From: Sedimentisphaerales bacterium
GTDB taxonomy: Bacteria > Planctomycetota > Phycisphaerae > Sedimentisphaerales > Anaerobacaceae
Direction of reading: 5' to 3'
NCBI GenBank assembly: GCA_040772485.1
Contig: JAXGYC010000007.1
Coordinates: forward strand, 576,001 to 640,000
Length of the DNA stretch: 64,000 bases
In this document: piece after piece, positions 19,401-28,122 of the stretch
How the letters are laid out: each line of letters begins with the position of its first letter
How positions within the stretch are numbered: the first letter of the stretch is position 1
Notes under the pieces: model-generated
Seen by the model: the letters and a program-made list of their open reading frames with translations, nothing else
What the model was told of the DNA's origin: nothing
The model's database searches: none
Made by a program: the position numbers and the translations under genes

Positions 19401-19466
19401 CACCGGCACTACCCCTACAGACTCGCTTGAATCTCGACTCGCCCTCCGTGAGCACACTTTGATCAC
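16449..19466 (-). CDS. Probably exported PEP/pyruvate-binding (ATP-grasp) domain protein with phosphohistidine-swivel-like motif
   Basis: Hydrophobic signal-like LPVLLCVLVVSAAVLA; TPNSHVAILARS; FGGKAANFG; FRSSTNVED..FTGAGLYDS; AIRKVFASFY; LDLEFK; true start may be a downstream GTG. Confidence 0.85.
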   Translation of the reverse strand: MIKVCSRRASRDSSESVGVVPVYRCLPVLLCVLVVSAAVLAGAGDPEVAWKNQIQFPDEPFQSWTSPAYVKFTIVIAEGFDPNVVYYQDSGQYEYHYDFAVDCLDPFARMTIEQFDAVTLHASGQQAILGAVILPPWASPAINEYGIQLVRQDAYSREEVVRLFSVVRASVIAEPNVTAYYFPTYEQYPVAEQNRQWLQEQGVPVGSTARWTQGNTSYSEGWSLGMLKSVVGSDIQAAYTRGLLTCDDILLTDGVPAEVPSVGGIITLMPATPNSHVAILARSQAVPFVHLALADDVTLARSLVGHTVYLSVAEDRFGSGSGIELLDVGSLSPEDRASLLALKQSPPLTIRPMVHQGRFWADTNDLRPESIEGFGGKAANFGVLRDAIPDDSPRAMAFSFDLWNAFLDRPALDATLRDQIAQRQSKYVTYPPSDMQALSADLATIRDWFTDSHITSFGDDLETVVLDALGEFGFDPNQKIRFRSSTNVEDSDRFTGAGLYDSFSGCLADDLDGDSGGPCACDPTEGKERGVFRAIRKVFASFYNDNAFLERLKHQIDESQVGMALLVHGSFPDEIELANGVVTMERVRDADWEIEIVSQKGAVSVTNPPADVVPETVQVSMSFMGPMPRVVQRSSLVSLRDDTVLEWESDYLRLYELVVAAAQRYCQIKPADSPVLDLEFKKVSPGGRLIVKQIREIPQAGEDEYTTPFLLGQARRYCTLQGRGSDVFTNHRLKSRWTLTPASVWLDDDNLHRCLYDQAQIEYVADGRVQEVTGPMSLLPGATHEYEAPQWDSDRYDLVDSWRLDGSCNPRTFRLRTTPAFAETVSDPIVTIDDVRLAVEVDYDQPVPMGENALATTEEATLYRPWEPGEQDWLDVCELDDPNTGVCVHVEFYMRWSWDPSSPTSIQIERTRIEGLTSEPIELRGFFSQSVGGGSHLCPKNFLFEPALEPGISPQILDELKARDIRLIYFTTGARECRPTEWEDTPPAIRFYGFGDPIEGPACTH

Positions 19467-19552
19467 ACCGCCATTATATCCGGAAAGCCGCGTTTATTCA
19501 ATGCCTGACGGCGACGGCGTGATAGACAGACTTCGCGCGGACGAGGGGTTCG

Positions 19553-20776
19553 TCACTCGGGCAGGTGATGCCGTTGAAGCCAGTCGGCGGCCCACTGCTC
19601 GGCCTGTTGCCTGCTGTCGAGGCGGTCTTCGAGCTGAGCGATGTAAAGCTCTTCGGCCAGTTGTCCCACCTGCGGGCCGGGCCGGGCGCCCAGACGGATC
19701 AAATCGTGCCCGTTCAGCAGCGGTTTCGGCTTGACGTCAACGCCGCGAAGGGCCTGGACGCGGCGGTGCAGCTTCGCCAGCGCCGCCAGTGCCGCAGCGT
19801 TTCCGGCGGCCTTCTGCGTGGCCCGCTCCAGCTCGTAAAGATCCCAGAAGCAAGGCTCGGCCAGCAGCTTCTTGAGCGACGCCAGAGCCATCTCGTGATC
19901 CAGGAGCCGGCCTCGATGGGTCAGGAGGAAGCGGAGGTGTCCGGTCCGTTGGCGGCTGAGTTTGAGCACATGGCACAGCCGAAGCGCTGTCTCGGCCGGA
20001 CAGCCCGAGAAGAACGCCGCCAGCGCCAGCGCGAAATCCACACGTCTGCGAAGCAGTTCCAGAACCGCGGGCGCCTGCTGCGTCTTTTCGTCGGGCAGCG
20101 CGGGAAAGATCCGCTCGGCCAGGCCGCTCGCCCGCAGCATTGAGGCGCCGGCGCCGCGATTAGGGTGTACCAGCATCGCCTCCAGCTCGGCGGCAATCCG
20201 CTCGCCGCTGATTCTGTTGATGTGTTGCGCGTTGCGGCCGATCGCGGCGAATGTCTGGGGCTCGATCGCGAAGTCGAGCTGCGTCGAGAAACGAATCGCA
20301 CGGAGCATCCGCAGATAGTCCTCGCCGAACCGCTCGTCGGGATCGCCGATGGTCCGCACGATCCGCCGCTTCAGGTCGGCCTGGCCGTCGACGTAGTCGA
20401 TGACCTTCTCTTCGAGCGGATCGTAGAACATGCCGTTGATCGTGAAGTCCCGCCGGGCAGCGTCGCTGGCCGCGTCCGTGAACGCGACGCGGTCGGGATG
20501 ACGCCCGTCCTCATAGCCGGTCTCGGAGCGAAACGTCGCCACCTCCACCTGCGCGCACCGCGCCAGAACGATGACCACGCCGAACTGGGCGCCCACCTTC
20601 AGGGTGCGGGGAAACAGCGCCATCACCTGCTCCGGGCGCGCGTCCGTCGCCACGTCGTAATCCTTGGGCCGGCGGCCCAGCAGCATGTCACGCACGCACC
20701 CGCCCGCTAACAACGCGCAAAAACCCTCCGCCCGCAGCCGCTGAACGATGGTGATGGCCGCCCGTCTATTCGTCAT
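19553..20776 (-). CDS. cca: CCA tRNA nucleotidyltransferase
   Basis: AGGCVRDMLLG..PKDYDVAT, EVATFR, RRDFTING, FGEDYLRMLRAIRF, ISGERI. Confidence 0.9.
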   Translation of the reverse strand: MTNRRAAITIVQRLRAEGFCALLAGGCVRDMLLGRRPKDYDVATDARPEQVMALFPRTLKVGAQFGVVIVLARCAQVEVATFRSETGYEDGRHPDRVAFTDAASDAARRDFTINGMFYDPLEEKVIDYVDGQADLKRRIVRTIGDPDERFGEDYLRMLRAIRFSTQLDFAIEPQTFAAIGRNAQHINRISGERIAAELEAMLVHPNRGAGASMLRASGLAERIFPALPDEKTQQAPAVLELLRRRVDFALALAAFFSGCPAETALRLCHVLKLSRQRTGHLRFLLTHRGRLLDHEMALASLKKLLAEPCFWDLYELERATQKAAGNAAALAALAKLHRRVQALRGVDVKPKPLLNGHDLIRLGARPGPQVGQLAEELYIAQLEDRLDSRQQAEQWAADWLQRHHLPE

Positions 20777-21350
20777 GGCCTCGCACCTGGTACAGGACGA
20801 TGGACATGCTGCCCCAGTTCCGCGTGTCGATCGCCGTGAACGGACCGTAGCTCTCGGGCAGCGTCACGCCCGCCTCCGTCCGCACAACCACGACTCCCTT
20901 CTCGACCACCTGGCCGGCGAGCACCTCGAACAACTGCGCCAACAGCGAGCCGGCGCCGACCTCGCGCGTCCGCGCATAGGGCGGATCGACGAAGACCAGA
21001 TCATACCCCGGCCCGGCCGCCTCCAGCGGCGCCCCGCAGCGGAAGGCGTTGGCGCGAACCACGCGAGTCCGGGCCACGAAGCCGGCCTTGGCGATATTCT
21101 TTTCGAGGTAAGCCGCGATCTTCGGGTCCTGTTCGACGAACGTCACGAATGCCGCATCCCTGCTCAGGGCCTCCAGCCCGAGCGAGCCGACGCCGCTGAA
21201 CAGGTCCGCAACCCGCTGATCGATCAGCAGGCCGTAGTTGTTCAGGATGTTGAACAGCGACTCCTTGACCCGGTCGGTGATCGGGCGCGTGTCCTGCGTC
21301 TTCGGACACAGAAGGTGCATTCCGCGTTTGGCGCCTGCGATGATTCTCAT
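20766..21350 (-). CDS. rsmD: 16S rRNA (guanine966-N2) methyltransferase
   Basis: MRIIAG, TRPITDRVKESLFNIL, DLFSGVGSLGLEALSR, DLVFVDPPY. Confidence 0.93.
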   Translation of the reverse strand: MRIIAGAKRGMHLLCPKTQDTRPITDRVKESLFNILNNYGLLIDQRVADLFSGVGSLGLEALSRDAAFVTFVEQDPKIAAYLEKNIAKAGFVARTRVVRANAFRCGAPLEAAGPGYDLVFVDPPYARTREVGAGSLLAQLFEVLAGQVVEKGVVVVRTEAGVTLPESYGPFTAIDTRNWGSMSIVLYQVRGHDE

Positions 21351-21376
21351 ACCGATCCGCCCAGCCATGGGTAAAG

Positions 21377-21528
21377 AAAACTCGAAATCCGAAGCACGAA
21401 GTCCGAAATTCGAGGTAAGGGCGAGGCATGCCTCGCCCCTGCGTGCGCCCTTCGGACGGTTCGTTTTGAATTTGGGATCTTGGCCATTCGTGTTTGTTTC
21501 GGATTTCGTGCTTCGAATTTCGGATTTC
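21377..21528. repeat. Palindromic heptamer element (GAAATCC-type) containing an inserted GTAG-type REP at 21415-21442
   Basis: Left arm gaaatccgaagcacgaagtccgaaa, right arm tttcggatttcgtgcttcgaatttcggatttc; related element at 57707-57856. Confidence 0.8.
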
Positions 21529-21640
21529 TCCTCCGGCAGGTCGAGGAGTCGGTTCCAGACGAACGCAACGATTCTATCAACCGGCGCGAACTCCGTCTAT
21601 CGCAAACCCTCGGCCGCCCCTTTCGGCCGGCAGGACGCGC

Positions 21641-21649
21641 TGTTACAAT
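21641..21649 (+). promoter_or_regulatory. Extended -10-like element TGTTACAAT
   Basis: TGn plus TACAAT about 70 bp upstream of the GH95 start. Confidence 0.4.
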
Positions 21650-21719
21650 CACAGACCAGTCGTCCCAACATGGGGCAAGTCCGGTGACCGACACGCGGCA
21701 GGAAAGTGAGGACGAAGGT

Positions 21720-24029
21720 ATGAACGGAACAGACTCGACGACGGCGGCGCTATTCCTCTTCCTGGCGCTGGGGACAGCCAACGCTCCGGCGGCTCCCAGG
21801 CCCGAGCATGGGCTGCACTACGACCGTCCGGCGACGACTTGGGATGAGGCGATGCCTCTGGGCAACGGACTGCTCGGCGCGCTGGTCTGGGGCGACGGAG
21901 CTCCGCTGCGAATCTCACTGGACCGAACCGACCTGTGGGACCTGCGTCCCGTTCCCGAGTTCCACAGCGAGGACTACTCGTACGCGAAGATGCGCCAGTG
22001 GGTGCGAGAGGGTCGCATCGACGACCTGCACCGCTTGTACGACGATCCTTACGGCAACGCGGGCCCGACGAAGATCCCCGCCGGACGGATCGAATTGACG
22101 CTTGGCGGAGAAACGAGCTTCCAGAGCGCATCACTGGACCTGGCCAAAGCTATCGCGGTCGTGCGTCTTGCCGATGGAAGGACTGCCGAGGTCTTCGTCC
22201 ACGCCACCGAACCGTTTGGCATGGTTCGTCTCAGCGGCGCGGCGCCGCAGAAGGTGACGCTGTTGCCACCGCCGTTCTCGGGCGAGATCACCGAAGAGGC
22301 CGGGGCAGGCAAGATCAGCGCCGGCGATCTGGCTACCCTGCGATATGAGCCGCCCCAAATCCACGAAGCCGAAGGATGGACCGGGTACGCCCAGAAAGGC
22401 TGGGGTGGATTCCGCTTTGCCGTCGGGCTCGCCTGGCGGCAGACTGACGAAGGCTGGCTGGGGGTCTGGTCGGTCGCCACGTCAGGTGAATCGAGCGATC
22501 CACTGGCTCAGGCCCACGTGATCTGCGACAAGGCCCTCCGGCAAGGCTTTGAGAAAACCCTCACACAGCACGCCCGCTGGTGGCAGACCTACTGGGACGG
22601 CGCCTCGGTGAGCGTGCCGAATCCGATTATCGAACGCCAGTGGTATCTGGAAACCTACAAGTTCGGCGCCGCCGCCCGGTCAGACACGCCCCCCATCACC
22701 CTCCAGGGTCCGTGGACCGCCGACGATCGCAGGATCCCGCCGTGGAAAGGCGACTATCACCACGACTTGAACACCGAGCTGTCATACTGGCCCGCCTACA
22801 GCGGCAACCGGCTCGACGGCGCCGAAGGATTCGTCAGGTGGCTGTGGGACACGAGGCCGACGGCGGAGGCCTGGACGAAACGCTTCTTCGACCTGCCCGG
22901 CCTGAACGTCCCGATGACCGCCGACCTGAACCAGGAGCAGATCGGAGGCTGGCATCAATACACGCACTCGGCGACCACCGGCGCCTGGCTGGCTCATCAC
23001 TTCTACCTCCACTGGCGGTACAGTATGGACCGCGAGTTCCTGCGCGACCGCGCTTACCCGTGGCTGCGCGACGTCTCCGTCTTCCTCGAAGCGATCACGG
23101 AGAAAGGCCCGGACGGCAAGCGAACGCTGCCCCTGAGCTCATCGCCTGAGATCAACGACAACCGTATCGACGCCTGGTTCGGCACGATCACGAACTACGA
23201 CCTGGCGCTGATTCGCTGGAACTTCGAGAAGACGGCGGAACTGGCCGACGAACTGGGCCACCGGCCGGAAGCAAGTCGGTGGCGCGCCGTCCTGACCGAG
23301 CTGCCGGAGATGGCGCTGGACCCGAACAACCACAAGCTGCTGGTGGCCAGGGACTATCCCCTGCCCGGTTCGCACCGGCACTTCTCGCACCTGATGGCGA
23401 TCCATCCGCTCGGGCTGATTCGCTGGGAGAACGGCGCACACGATCGCGCGATCATCGAAGCGTCGCTGGCAGAGCTGGAGGAGAAAGGCTCGACCTGGTG
23501 GACCGGGTACAGCTTCAGTTGGCTGGCGAACCTGGCGGCCCGCGCCCGCGACGGCGCAGCGGCCGAACGCGCCCTGGAGATCTTCTCGACCGCGTTCTGC
23601 CTGCGGAGCAGCTTCCACTGCAACGGCGACCAGACAGACAAGGGCTACAGCAATTTCCGCTACCGGCCGTTTACGCTCGAAGGCAACTTCGCGGCCGCCG
23701 CCGGCCTGCAGGAGATGCTCCTGCAGAGCTACAGCGGAACGATTCGCCTCTTCCCCGCCATTCCCGACGCGTGGCACGACGCTTCATTCGAGAAGCTGCG
23801 TGCGGAGGGGGCTTTTGTGGTTTCGGCCGAGCGCCGGGCCAGCCGCCTCACGTTCGTCGAGATTCGTGCAGAAGCCGGCGGCACGTGCCGATTGGAGAAC
23901 CCGTTCGGCGGCGCGGCATACAGTGTCGAAGGGCTGCACGAAGGCGACATCCGCAAGACAGGAACCGACCTGATCTTCACACTGGCGCCGGGCCGCTCGA
24001 TCCGACTGACCCGAGAAACCAGGCGCTGA
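21720..24029 (+). CDS. Glycoside hydrolase family 95-like (alpha-L-fucosidase 2)
   Basis: Signal peptide; PATTWDEAMPLGNG, LQGPW, PWKGDYHHDLN, SSSPE, HRHFSHL, FTLEGNF, EMLLQS, LRAEGAF. Confidence 0.9.
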   Translation: MNGTDSTTAALFLFLALGTANAPAAPRPEHGLHYDRPATTWDEAMPLGNGLLGALVWGDGAPLRISLDRTDLWDLRPVPEFHSEDYSYAKMRQWVREGRIDDLHRLYDDPYGNAGPTKIPAGRIELTLGGETSFQSASLDLAKAIAVVRLADGRTAEVFVHATEPFGMVRLSGAAPQKVTLLPPPFSGEITEEAGAGKISAGDLATLRYEPPQIHEAEGWTGYAQKGWGGFRFAVGLAWRQTDEGWLGVWSVATSGESSDPLAQAHVICDKALRQGFEKTLTQHARWWQTYWDGASVSVPNPIIERQWYLETYKFGAAARSDTPPITLQGPWTADDRRIPPWKGDYHHDLNTELSYWPAYSGNRLDGAEGFVRWLWDTRPTAEAWTKRFFDLPGLNVPMTADLNQEQIGGWHQYTHSATTGAWLAHHFYLHWRYSMDREFLRDRAYPWLRDVSVFLEAITEKGPDGKRTLPLSSSPEINDNRIDAWFGTITNYDLALIRWNFEKTAELADELGHRPEASRWRAVLTELPEMALDPNNHKLLVARDYPLPGSHRHFSHLMAIHPLGLIRWENGAHDRAIIEASLAELEEKGSTWWTGYSFSWLANLAARARDGAAAERALEIFSTAFCLRSSFHCNGDQTDKGYSNFRYRPFTLEGNFAAAAGLQEMLLQSYSGTIRLFPAIPDAWHDASFEKLRAEGAFVVSAERRASRLTFVEIRAEAGGTCRLENPFGGAAYSVEGLHEGDIRKTGTDLIFTLAPGRSIRLTRETRR

Positions 24030-24377
24030 CCGCCGGACCTCGCAGCAAGACAGGGAATGCGAAGGGCTGTGCCTTGTCTCGTGCGGCAGGCAGACACTGC
24101 CACGGAAACGGCGTTATCCTCTCACGATGCTCCCTCATCGCGAGAGGGCCGCCGCCTGGAATCACCTGCCTTCCAGCGTGCTTATCCCCTCAGTGCCATC
24201 CGTGGCGTTTTCGACCTGCGTGCGTGTCGCCTCGGCGACATCCGACACGAGCGGCCGACACAAACCGACACACAGGTCCCTCCTCCGTGGCACCGCGGCC
24301 TGCCCCGGCAAGACCGCGCCACACGACTGTTTCATCCGCGCGCACCATCCCGGATGCGGCCTTCTACCGTCCGGCCC

Positions 24378-24581
24378 CTACCCAATTCTGGCCGGCACCT
24401 TCTCGAACCAGCGTTCCTCGCACTCCGGGCCGTCGCATTCATACCACAGGTACACAGACCCTCTCCTGGCGATGCGGTCCACTTCGTGCAGCGTGCGCCC
24501 GCACTTTGGACACAGCGGCAGCCGATGGACGGACGTAAGGCGGATGCTCACAGGATCCAAACACGTGGTGCTCATGTCCAT
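24378..24581 (-). CDS. Small zinc-ribbon protein (about 67 aa)
   Basis: CPKC...WYECDGPEC; GAGGG before ATG; fills otherwise empty intergenic space. Confidence 0.65.
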   Translation of the reverse strand: MDMSTTCLDPVSIRLTSVHRLPLCPKCGRTLHEVDRIARRGSVYLWYECDGPECEERWFEKVPARIG

Positions 24582-24991
24582 ACCCTCTGACCCGGTCGCC
24601 CTCCTGTCGGCCGGCATACCTGAAAACCACGTCGTATGTTAACGCGCTACAGCGGACTACTGCCTAAGGAAAACACTCCATATGCCATAGGCAATCCGCC
24701 TACGCGGCTCCGGAAGCGTCCCGAGAATTCGATCGGACACATCCAGAGCAGGATATCCGTCCTGATCGGGGCGCAGCCTACAATTCAGATAAGATACGTT
24801 CACCCGCACGGTCCGGTTCTCCGGCGTGTGCGATGATCCGGACCGGGGACGAGTACAGGGCATGCCGAGACGCCTCTTGTTCAGACCACAGATCATGCCA
24901 GGACAGAGTTCCCGGCGTCGCAATCGGCGGTATGACTGGACACACTTTGATAGATGGCGAAACCAGGAATCGGCTCGTCCACAGCGCAGGC

Positions 24992-25032
24992 AAAAAGAAA
25001 ACCGGAGGGCGCCCCCCAGCGACACCCTCCGG
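24992..25032 (-). terminator. Rho-independent terminator downstream of the PPC gene
   Basis: Minus strand ccggagggtgtcgctggggggcgccctccgg followed by ttttcttttt, 30 bp after the stop at 25063. Confidence 0.85.
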
Positions 25033-25062
25033 CCATGGGTCAGACCCTTACCGCAGGTCGTT

Positions 25063-28000
25063 TCAGAGCTTTCCGTACGCTCCCTGACGAATCAGGTCGA
25101 TTTCCGCCGTCGTCAGGATATCGTTGAACAGGACCACTTCGTCCAGCCAGCCGTCGAAATACCTCTCTTCCAGCGGGAGGTTGCCCAGGACCACCGGACC
25201 GTTGTTCACAGCAAGTTTCTCTTTGGCTGTGCCTACGACATCATACGCCAGAACACCCGCCGTGGCATCCCATATCCTCACATGGTAGCTGAGGTCTGCA
25301 TCGCGGTATGTGAACGCCACGTGATACCAGTGGTTCACGGACAGACGCTGATCCGGCGCGTCGAAGGTGTACGTGTTGAACGTCGCGCCGACGCCCGTGC
25401 CCAGACCGATGTACAGCACCCCCGTCGAGATGCCGAAGTTGCCCACGTAGATTCTCCAGGAGCGATCGTCGGTCGAAATCAGGTACTTGCCGATCACCGT
25501 GTTCTCATAGGCGAAGGTCCTGGGCTTCATCCAGAAGCAGATCGACATCTCGACGGCGGAATCGTCGCTGCGCGTCGGGAAATTGGCCGACAGATCGTCG
25601 TCGTCGATGCTCATCCAGTCACCCTGGCTCGCCAGGAACTCTCCGGCGCTGGCCCCTTCCCGGTAGTCGGTGGTGTTGGCCTGCACGCCGTAGTTGATCA
25701 GCATGTTCGTGCCGACCGAATCGGTCCCCAACTGCCCGTCTTCGAACCGCCACACGGCAGCGCAGTGGGCGTCGCCAGCAAAGTTGTTGCCGGTGCCGAT
25801 CGCTCCGTAGGAGGCCAGCAGTGTCACACCGGCGTACACCTGGTGCGCTTTGAGCATGATGTACCAATTGGCGGCGGCGGGATTGGCGATCTGCACACTC
25901 TCCTCGTTGCCGACAAGGTATGGGCGGTAGTCATAGCTTGTGGTGGTGGGCTGCGAGCCTCTCTTGACATAGAGGTCGCAGTCGCCGGTGCCGCCGGAGA
26001 TGGAGATGTTCAGGAAATCCTGTCCGGCGGGAACCACAATCAGGTAGAACTTCTCGCCGCCACCCGTGCCCGACAGACCCGACAGAGGAACGGCGTTGGT
26101 CAGAGTGACCACTGGAGTCGCCGAGGGCACGTATGTCGCCACCAGGGTCAGGCCCGTGTAGGCCTGATAGCCTCGCAGCATGATGTAGTAGGTGCCGGCC
26201 GACGGATTGTTGATCGTGACCGTCTCGTTGTTGCCGATCAGATATGGACGGTAGTCCCACTGCGCGGTCGTGGGCTTGCTGTCCTTGCGGACGTAGAGAT
26301 CCACGTCGCCGGTGCCGCCGGAAATCTGAATCACCAGGCTGGCCTGGCCGGCGGGCACGTCGATCTTGTAGTATGCTTCGCTGCTGCTGGCGCCGGACAG
26401 ACCCGTCACGGGAACGCCGTTGGCCAGCGGTGTCACGGTGTCCCCGCTGCCGCTGCCGTAGGTGGCCACGAGGCTCACGCCCGCGTAGGCTTGGTAGCCG
26501 CGGATCATGATAAGCCAGTTGCCACCCTGCGGATTGTCGATCGTGACGGTCTCGTTGTTGCCGATCAGATACGGACGGTAGTCGTAGTCCGACGTCGTCG
26601 GAGGGGCGTCCCTCTTGACGTACAGATCGGCGTCGCCGGTGCCGCCGGACATCTTGATCTCGAACTTCGTCTGGCCGGTGGGTACGATGATGCGATAGAA
26701 CTTCTCGCTGCCTTCGAGGCCGGAGATGTTGGTCACGGGCACGCCATTGTCGAGAAGGGTGACCGTCCCGGTGAACCAGTAGTCGGCGTTGAGGGTCACA
26801 TCGGCGTAGGCCGTCCGTCCCCGGAGCATGATGTACCACGTCCCGCCCTGCGGATTCTCGACGGTAACCGTCTCGTCGTTGCCCGACAGGTAGGGCCGGT
26901 AGTCCCAGCTCGACGTGGTGGGGATGGCATCCCAACGGACGTAGAGATCGCAGTTGCCGGTCCCGCCGAAGATCTTGATCTCCAGCACGGACTGCCCCGA
27001 GGGGACATCGATCTTGTAGACTTGTTCGCTGCCATTGGCCCCCGAGATGCCGGAGACAGGCACATTGTCTTCGATAACCGTCTCCTTCCCGTAGGTGGCG
27101 ACCAGCGTCACGCCGGAGTAGGCGTTGTTGCCTCGCAGCATGATATACCACGTGCCGCCGGTCGGATTGTTGACCGAGACGGTCTCATCGTTGCCGGAGA
27201 GGAACGGACGATAATCGTAATCCGTGGAGGTCGGGACCGCACCGAACTTGACGTAGAGATCGCAGTCGCCGGTGCCGCCGGAGATCTTGATTTGCAGACT
27301 GGTTTCGCCGGATGGAACCTCGATGGCGAAGATCCGCGCGCTGTTCTGCGCGCCGGCCAGGCCGGTGACGGGAACGCCGTTGCTCAGGAGCGTGCCCTCG
27401 CCGCCGCCGGTGTAGCTGGCCAGCAACGTCATGCCGGTGTAGGCACTATAGGCTCTGAGCATGATGTACCACGTCCCTGCGGTCGGGTTGTCGACGGTGA
27501 CGGATTCGTTGTTGCCGGAGAGGAACGGTCGATAGTCGTAATCGGTGGTGGTGGGCAGCGCCCCGCGTTTGACGTAGAGATCGCAGTCGCCGGTCCCGCC
27601 GGAGATGCTGATCTGGAGCTTGGTCTGTCCGCTCGGCACATCGATCTGGAAATACTTCTCGCCGCCGGCGGCATCGCTCAGACCGGTCACGGCTACGCCG
27701 TTGCTCAACGTCACCACGCTGAGGGTAGCCGAGTAGCTGGCCTGAAGGGTCAACCCGGAGAACGCGCTGTAGCCTCGCAGCATGATATACCACGTGCCGG
27801 CCGCCGGGCTTTCCACGAGCACCGTCTCGTTGTTTCCGACCTTGTAGGGCCGGTAATCATACGTGGTGGTGGTCGGCTCGGTGTCCTTACGCACATACAG
27901 ATCGCAGTCGCCGGTCCCGCCGGAGATTTGGATTTCCAGTTCGTCCTGCCCGCTCGGGACGACGATCATGTAGAACTGCTCGCTGCCGGTCGCTCCGGAA

Positions 28001-28122
28001 ATGCCGGTGACTGGAACGCCATTGCTCAGGCTGGTCGGAGCGCCGTAGGCCACCGAAGCCACGAGGCACAGGGCCACCAGGCCCACCAGGCCTCTCACAC
28101 GCGATTGACTCAGACCGTTCAT
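25063..28122 (-). CDS. Secreted protein with seven tandem PPC (pre-peptidase C-terminal) domains and a C-terminal LamG/ConA-like domain
   Basis: GAGGAG RBS, signal peptide, 7 x SGGTG(D/N)xDLYV...DYRP...GNxE...(W/Y)xIM; C-terminal WYHVAFTY...YFDGWLDEVVLFNDILT. Confidence 0.92.
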   Translation of the reverse strand: MNGLSQSRVRGLVGLVALCLVASVAYGAPTSLSNGVPVTGISGATGSEQFYMIVVPSGQDELEIQISGGTGDCDLYVRKDTEPTTTTYDYRPYKVGNNETVLVESPAAGTWYIMLRGYSAFSGLTLQASYSATLSVVTLSNGVAVTGLSDAAGGEKYFQIDVPSGQTKLQISISGGTGDCDLYVKRGALPTTTDYDYRPFLSGNNESVTVDNPTAGTWYIMLRAYSAYTGMTLLASYTGGGEGTLLSNGVPVTGLAGAQNSARIFAIEVPSGETSLQIKISGGTGDCDLYVKFGAVPTSTDYDYRPFLSGNDETVSVNNPTGGTWYIMLRGNNAYSGVTLVATYGKETVIEDNVPVSGISGANGSEQVYKIDVPSGQSVLEIKIFGGTGNCDLYVRWDAIPTTSSWDYRPYLSGNDETVTVENPQGGTWYIMLRGRTAYADVTLNADYWFTGTVTLLDNGVPVTNISGLEGSEKFYRIIVPTGQTKFEIKMSGGTGDADLYVKRDAPPTTSDYDYRPYLIGNNETVTIDNPQGGNWLIMIRGYQAYAGVSLVATYGSGSGDTVTPLANGVPVTGLSGASSSEAYYKIDVPAGQASLVIQISGGTGDVDLYVRKDSKPTTAQWDYRPYLIGNNETVTINNPSAGTYYIMLRGYQAYTGLTLVATYVPSATPVVTLTNAVPLSGLSGTGGGEKFYLIVVPAGQDFLNISISGGTGDCDLYVKRGSQPTTTSYDYRPYLVGNEESVQIANPAAANWYIMLKAHQVYAGVTLLASYGAIGTGNNFAGDAHCAAVWRFEDGQLGTDSVGTNMLINYGVQANTTDYREGASAGEFLASQGDWMSIDDDDLSANFPTRSDDSAVEMSICFWMKPRTFAYENTVIGKYLISTDDRSWRIYVGNFGISTGVLYIGLGTGVGATFNTYTFDAPDQRLSVNHWYHVAFTYRDADLSYHVRIWDATAGVLAYDVVGTAKEKLAVNNGPVVLGNLPLEERYFDGWLDEVVLFNDILTTAEIDLIRQGAYGKL

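Noticed and set aside
25063..28122. Repeated DNA in the PPC gene as DGR template/variable repeats
   Set aside because: The repeats are in-frame protein domains with synonymous divergence, not adenine-specific, and no reverse transcriptase is present
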